64,000 nt of DNA from the human T2T-CHM13v2.0 reference genome, Homo sapiens. How positions within the stretch are numbered: position 1 is the first letter of the stretch; every line of letters starts with the position of its first letter. Both the position numbers and the translations under genes were made by a program. Below are positions 55,512 through 64,000 of the stretch, piece after piece. Under the pieces are notes generated by a model that saw only the letters and a list, made by a program, of their open reading frames with translations, did not search any database and was not told where the DNA came from. The stretch lies in the NCBI RefSeq assembly GCF_009914755.1, contig NC_060934.1. One strand, 5' to 3'.

Positions 55512-56276
55512 TGACCTCGTGATCCACCCGCCTCAGCCTCCCAAAGTGCTGGGAGTACAGGTATGAGCCACTGCGCCCAGCCAGGGATTTCTTTTTTAAG
55601 TGAAAAATAAAAAGATCACTATCTAGACACATGTGGCTGGAATGTGGGACCCAATAGTTTGAGGTGTAGGAGGTGATAAGTAGATGACAGAGTTTGAAAG
55701 TAAAAACTAATGCTTACCCAGCTCCGATCTGAGACAACTAACGATGCTACGACCTCATGCAAATAAAAAGCTGAAGTAATCAGAACTAAACAGTCCCTTA
55801 CAGGAAAAGCACAAAGTGTTTTTTTAGGACTTACAGACTGGGAGCCTAGAATGGCTACCTAGGGAACCGAGGCACACATTTGTTCCATGTTACAGCACTC
55901 AGCTTTCCTATCTGTACAGTAGTTTGTTCTTGAGAACTTTCCCAACTAAAACTCAGAGTCTATATTAGATAGGTATTTTATTTTTCTAGGTGTCTTGGGC
56001 TTGCTTGTTATACTTGAGCAACTGATAAATGGTCTGCCCGTTATTACCACAGTACAGCATACAGAATAGGTGTTGAGTGTAGGCACTCCAGGCAGACACC
56101 TGGGCTCAAACCCTGGTTCTGCCATTTTCTAATAGTGAGTCTTTGGGCAAGTTCCTGAACTTGTCTGTGTCTCTATTTGTAAAATAGATAAAAATAGCAC
56201 CTGCTTCATACAATTATCATGAAAATAAGTTAATGTATGTAAATAATAAAAATACCTGTCACATAGTAAGCACTGA

Positions 56277-56558
<282 letters not shown>

Positions 56559-56660
56559 TAGCCAGGATGGTCTCGATCTCCTGACCTCATGATCTACCGG
56601 CCTCAGCGTCCCGAAGTGCTGGGATTACAGGCGTGAGCCACTGCGCCCGGCGGATTTTAA

Positions 56661-56972
<312 letters not shown>

Positions 56973-57046
56973 TGATTTTATTGTTTTATAGGGCTGTCAT
57001 TACTAAAAGAGAAAACTGAAACAAAGATTTCATGAAAAAAATATAA

Positions 57047-57566
<520 letters not shown>

Positions 57567-57722
57567 TAGTAGAGACGGGTGTTAGCCAGGATGGTATCGA
57601 TCTCCTGACTCGTGATCCACCCGCCTCAGCCTCCCAAAGTGCTGGGATTACAGGTGTGAGCCACTGTGCCCGGCCTGTTTTTTGTTTGTTTGTTTTTTTT
57701 TTGAGATGAAGTTTTGCTTTAG

Positions 57723-57941
<219 letters not shown>

Positions 57942-58104
57942 TAAAGTGCTGGGATTACAGGCGTTAGCCACCGTGCCTGGACAAGCATATATTGTTTCAA
58001 CCAGATACATTTTTATATCCCCAAAATGTTTACACCAAGCAAATTACAAACAATGTTTCTATTCAAAGTTTCTATCGAATCTTGGCTTAGGTATTAAAAA
58101 AAAA

Positions 58105-58870
<766 letters not shown>

Positions 58871-59347
58871 TGTTTTTTGAGACAGAGGTTCGCTCTTTTG
58901 CCCAGGCTGGAGTGAAGTGGCATGATCTCAGCTCACTTCGCCAAGTTCTCTGCCCTCCGGGTTCAAGTGATTCTCTTGCCTCAGCTTCCCAAGTAGCTGG
59001 GATTATAGGTGCCCACCACCACGCCTGGCTAATTTTTGTATTTTTAATAGAGATAGAGTTTTGGCATGTTGGCCAGGCTAGTCTCGAACTCCTGAACTCA
59101 GGAGATCCACCTGCCTTGGGCTCCCAACGTGCTAGGATTACAGGCATGACCCAATGTCCCCAGCCCAATTTGAGATTATTAAAAATACATATATATTTCA
59201 AATCAAATCCAAATAATGTGCACACAATGTAATTAATTTATATGTCCCTTAAGTTACTTTTCTCAATAGGTTTCATCTGTAGGTTTATTCTTCATCTCTT
59301 TCCTTTTTACTTTATTTGCTGAAGAAACAGAATTGGTTGCTATGTAG

Positions 59348-59605
<258 letters not shown>

Positions 59606-60439
59606 TAGCCAGGATGGTCTTGATCTCCTGACCTCGTAATCTGCCCACCTCGGCCTCCCAAAGTGCTGGGATTACAAGCTTGAGCCACCGCGCCCGGCCT
59701 AATACATCTCTGTGTCCCCTGTATTTCTTGTAAATTAGTAATTAAATCTAGAAGCATAGTCACCTTCCTATATGTCTTGGCAAGAACACTTCAAGGTGAT
59801 ATTGCTACCATGTTTTTTCATGTGTAAGAACCACAACTATATATTCTGGGTTGCACATGTGTTTCTGAGGAAGCAGTAGACTAATACTTTATCTTTTCTG
59901 TTTTTAAGACAGAGTCTTACTCTGTCACCTAGGCTAGAGTGTAGTGACGCAATCACAGCTCACTGCAGCCTCAATCTCCTAGGCTCACGTGATCCTGCCA
60001 CCTTAGCTTCCTGAGTAGCTGGAACTGCCCATGCCAACATGCAGAGCTAACATTTTTATTTTTGATAGAGACAGGGTATTCCTGTGTTGCCCAGACTGGT
60101 CTTGAACTCCTGGCTCCAAGCAATCCTCCTGAGTTGGCCTCCCAAAGTACTGGGATTACAGATGTGAGCCAACGAACCCGGCCTAATATTTCAATTCATT
60201 CTCTAGTTCTTTCTTCATGAGGTTTTAAAACTCTGTTGGACTGACTACTACAGGTTATTAGACAGGCGTCTTCAGGGAACACTGGTAGCATATATCCCGG
60301 TGCTTAAACCATACAAAAACGTATCTGCCACTATCCCACCCACTACATGGCTACGAGAATTTCCTAAAGCTGAACACCACCGGTTTGATGTTTTACAACT
60401 TAGAAGAGGTTCAACGCTATCAAAAATCATGGGGATTTA

Positions 60440-60604
<165 letters not shown>

Positions 60605-61532
60605 CTAGCTATTCAGGAGGCTGAGGCTGGGTTCAAGAATTGCTTGAACCCAGACGGCGGAAGTTGCAGTGAGCCAAGATTGCGCCACTGTGCTCTAGCC
60701 TGGGCAACAGAGGAAGACTCCATTTAAAAAAAAAAAAAAAAAAAAATCATGAGGACTTAAAACTGCATTCCCTCTATCACATCAATCTCTGAGACACATG
60801 TATAATATGCTTCACCCAGAGAATTACCTATCTATTCCTATGCTTTAATTCATGTCTCTGAGCTAGTGTGTTCATAAAACAGTACAGTATATCCAACTAG
60901 GTATAATTCACCTAACTTTCAGTACAGACACTTGACAAAGTCACTGAAAATCTAAACAGATCAAAGTCACCTATTCCTTGTATATTTACCTCCCAAGAAA
61001 CTATAAGGTCTGATTTACCCCTTTTTAAAAAGTTACCTTTTCCTGATGACTCACATTATAGTAGTAACACTGTATACAATGTTACCTGTGATTTCGGAAT
61101 CTTTAAATCAACTCTGAACTTAAATATGTTACAAAGGAGTTCATTCTTACCTCTAAAACTTCAGTGAATAATTGAAGTAACAAGTAGGGCAAAATAACTT
61201 GAGCAAAAAATGTTACATGCAAATAAAATTTTAAGCTCATATTTAATTCTAAATGCCAAATATGCAAAAATGCTTTGAGACATTTTTTATCACCAAATTA
61301 ACATAGCATTTGGTTTTAGTTTTAAAAAGTATTCACTTAATTTTCCTTAGACTACTGTTCTGAATGAACAAATCCCTACTTAATAACTTTTATTCATAAA
61401 TCTATAATATTATTAAATGTACTTCATATTTAAATAACTTATTTATACAATCTCCATTTGGTTGCTAATCTGACTCGAATTTGTGTGCTACAGAGTCCTC
61501 TTGTGAAATGAATGAAAAAAAAAGTAAAATAC

Positions 61533-61560
61533 CTTAAAATGTCCCGTGCCTTCATTAGCA
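61533..61560 (-). CDS. PCGF6: PCGF6 28-nt internal coding exon (fourth from last; exon 7 by recalled numbering)
   Basis: Minus strand CATTTTTCAG|T GCT AAT GAA GGC ACG GGA CAT TTT AAG|GTATTT = (G)ANEGTGHFK; joins in frame to PLEKKF of the next exon. Confidence 0.88.
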
Positions 61561-61718
61561 CTGAAAAATGAGAGCAAAATTAATCAATATTTAATACTTT
61601 AAGCTATATGTTTAATCATAAAACAACATATATAAATATTTGAGAAACATCAATTCATTGTAATTCTAGAACACAGTCACCTGAAGTTTTATGAAATAAA
61701 CAAATGTAATTGTCATTT

Positions 61719-61732
61719 CTGCCACCTAGTGG
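61719..61732 (-). promoter_or_regulatory. CTCF core motif
   Basis: Reverse complement CCACTAGGTGGCAG matches CCASYAGRKGGCRS, in unique AT-rich intron sequence. Confidence 0.6.
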
Positions 61733-61847
61733 TTAAGGCAAAGGCAGTTTTATCCAGTATTTTAGTCTACTTTCTATACTTAATTTTAGAAGTTAAAAGT
61801 ATATTCTCTTTTTTTGATGGAAAATATGAGAATTTACTTATTTTTTC

Positions 61848-62065
61848 CAGCTTTATTAGGGGATAATAGACAAATTAAAATTGTGTATATCTATAGGTTT
61901 TGATACGTATATACTGTAAACTAATAAAATCAAGCAAATCAACATATCCATCAGCTCACATACTTATTTTACTGTAGTGAGAACATTTAGGATCTACTTT
62001 TAGCAATTTTCAAGTATATAATACATTATTAACTGTAGTCATCATGATGTACAATAGATCTCCAG
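61848..62065 (-). mobile_element. L1MA-type 3' end fragment
   Basis: CAGCTTTATT...CATATCCATCA...TTAGCAATTTTCAAGTATATAATACATTATTAACTGTAGTCATCATG...TACAATAGATCTCCAG. Confidence 0.7.
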
Positions 62066-63372
62066 GAAAAAGTATATTCTTAAATATTAGATTCCCCCTC
62101 ACCCCACATTTAGCATCCTAACATTTTACAGCTTAGTCTAATTTCATATTTTTCTTTTAATCATAATCAATGTGATTTTCCTCTCTATAGTAACATTTAC
62201 AATATAAAATTTCTTACAAGAAGGCTGCTATGCTTCCTATTGCTTTTTTTGCAGAATAATTACCTGGACATAATTTTACTCAGTTTCCTTTTCACCTAGA
62301 AGCCTACAGATTTCTTGGTTAAATCAATTACTTTTAAGCCATGAGGGAGACAAGGGTATCTAACTTTTTGTTGAGAAAGTACTATGTGCCAGGCATTGAA
62401 TTAGGTATTCATGTGCATATGCATGCTTTTCATTTAGTCCTCACAATAGCCCTGCAAATGAGGTATTAGTACCCCTTTCTACAGATGAAAAAAAATTAAG
62501 CTCACAGAGGTCATAACTTTCTTTGGGACACACAAATATGGTAGGTAATAAAACTGAAATTCACACTCAGGTGTGCCTAACATCAAAGCCAATGTTCTTT
62601 CTTCCTTATGTTGTGAAGATTAGACAAGTTCACAATTCCATCATCTCCAAAGTATTCTTTTTTTCTTTCATTTTTTTCTTTAAGAGATAGGGTCTTGCTC
62701 TATCACCCAGGCAGGAGTGTAGTGGCTCACTGCAGCTTCAACCTTCTGGGCTTAAGTGAACTTCTTGCCTTAGCCTACCTGAGCAGCTGGGAGTACAGAT
62801 ATGTGCCACCATGCATGGCTAATTAAAAAAAAAAAAAAATTTTAAGAGATAGGGTCTCGCTGTGTTGGCCAGGCTGGTCTCAAACTCCTGGCCTCAAGCC
62901 ATCCTTCTGCCTTAGCCTCCCCAAATGCTGGAATTACAGGTGTGAGCCACCACACCCAGACTCCAAAGCACTCATTTTTTTTTTTTTTTGAGACAGAGTC
63001 TCACTGTCACCCAGGCAGGAGTGCAGTGGCGTGATCTCGGCTCACTGCAACCTCCGCCTCCCGGGTTCAAGCGATTCTCTTTGCCTCAGCCTCCCGAATA
63101 GGTGGGACTACAGGCACCCACCACCACACCCGGCTAATTTTTGTATTTTTAGTATAGACGGGGTTTCACCATGTTGTTCAGGATGGCCTCGATCTCTTGA
63201 TCTCGTGATCTGCCCACCTTGGCCTCCCAAAGTGCTAGGATTACAGGAGTGAGCCACGGTGCCCAGCAAAGTACTCTTTGTAAGAAAAAAATAGGCTGGG
63301 CGAGGTGGCTGATGCCTGTAATCCCAGCACTTTGGGAGGCCAAGGTGGGCAGATAATGAGGTCAGGAGTTCA

Positions 63373-63906
<534 letters not shown>

Positions 63907-64000
63907 TTATATATTATAAACCTATAAATGATATATTATTTTATATGAAATTATATCAATATATAAATGTAAACTGTAAATCCGTAAATGTACAAATAAA

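Noticed and set aside
55757-55764. Octamer ATGCAAAT (also at 61217-61224 and elsewhere) as OCT4 sites for PCGF6
   Set aside because: Several copies are expected by chance in 64 kb of AT-rich DNA; no clear SOX-OCT composite.

Overview
Primate (human-type) genomic DNA, very Alu-rich (roughly a hundred Alu copies or fragments, plus MIR, L2, L1M, hAT/Tigger DNA-transposon and ERVL-MaLR remnants). It holds two convergent protein-coding genes. (1) The complete alpha-internexin gene INA on the + strand: CpG-island promoter, three coding exons (5835-6899, 15671-15795, 16997-17306) that splice to a 499-aa type IV intermediate filament protein, and a 3'UTR ending near 18975. (2) The last four coding exons and 3'UTR of PCGF6 (Polycomb group RING finger 6, PRC1.6) on the - strand (61533-61560, 54142-54240, 41802-41888, 31524-31580; distal poly(A) signal at 30431-30436). 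Non-coding highlights: a near-perfect REST/RE1 site in INA intron 1, a full-length U11 snRNA pseudogene in sense orientation inside a PCGF6 intron, a CTCF-type motif, a 5'-truncated MSTA-type provirus, an Alu-Alu recombination duplication, an unexplained ~70-bp direct repeat bracketing a PCGF6 exon, and a candidate poison exon. Nearly all other ORFs in the track are Alu translations. I see no evidence for a wholly new biological system; the findings are regulatory or evolutionary candidates that need testing. Gene names, exon numbers and repeat subfamilies come from memory, not from a database search.
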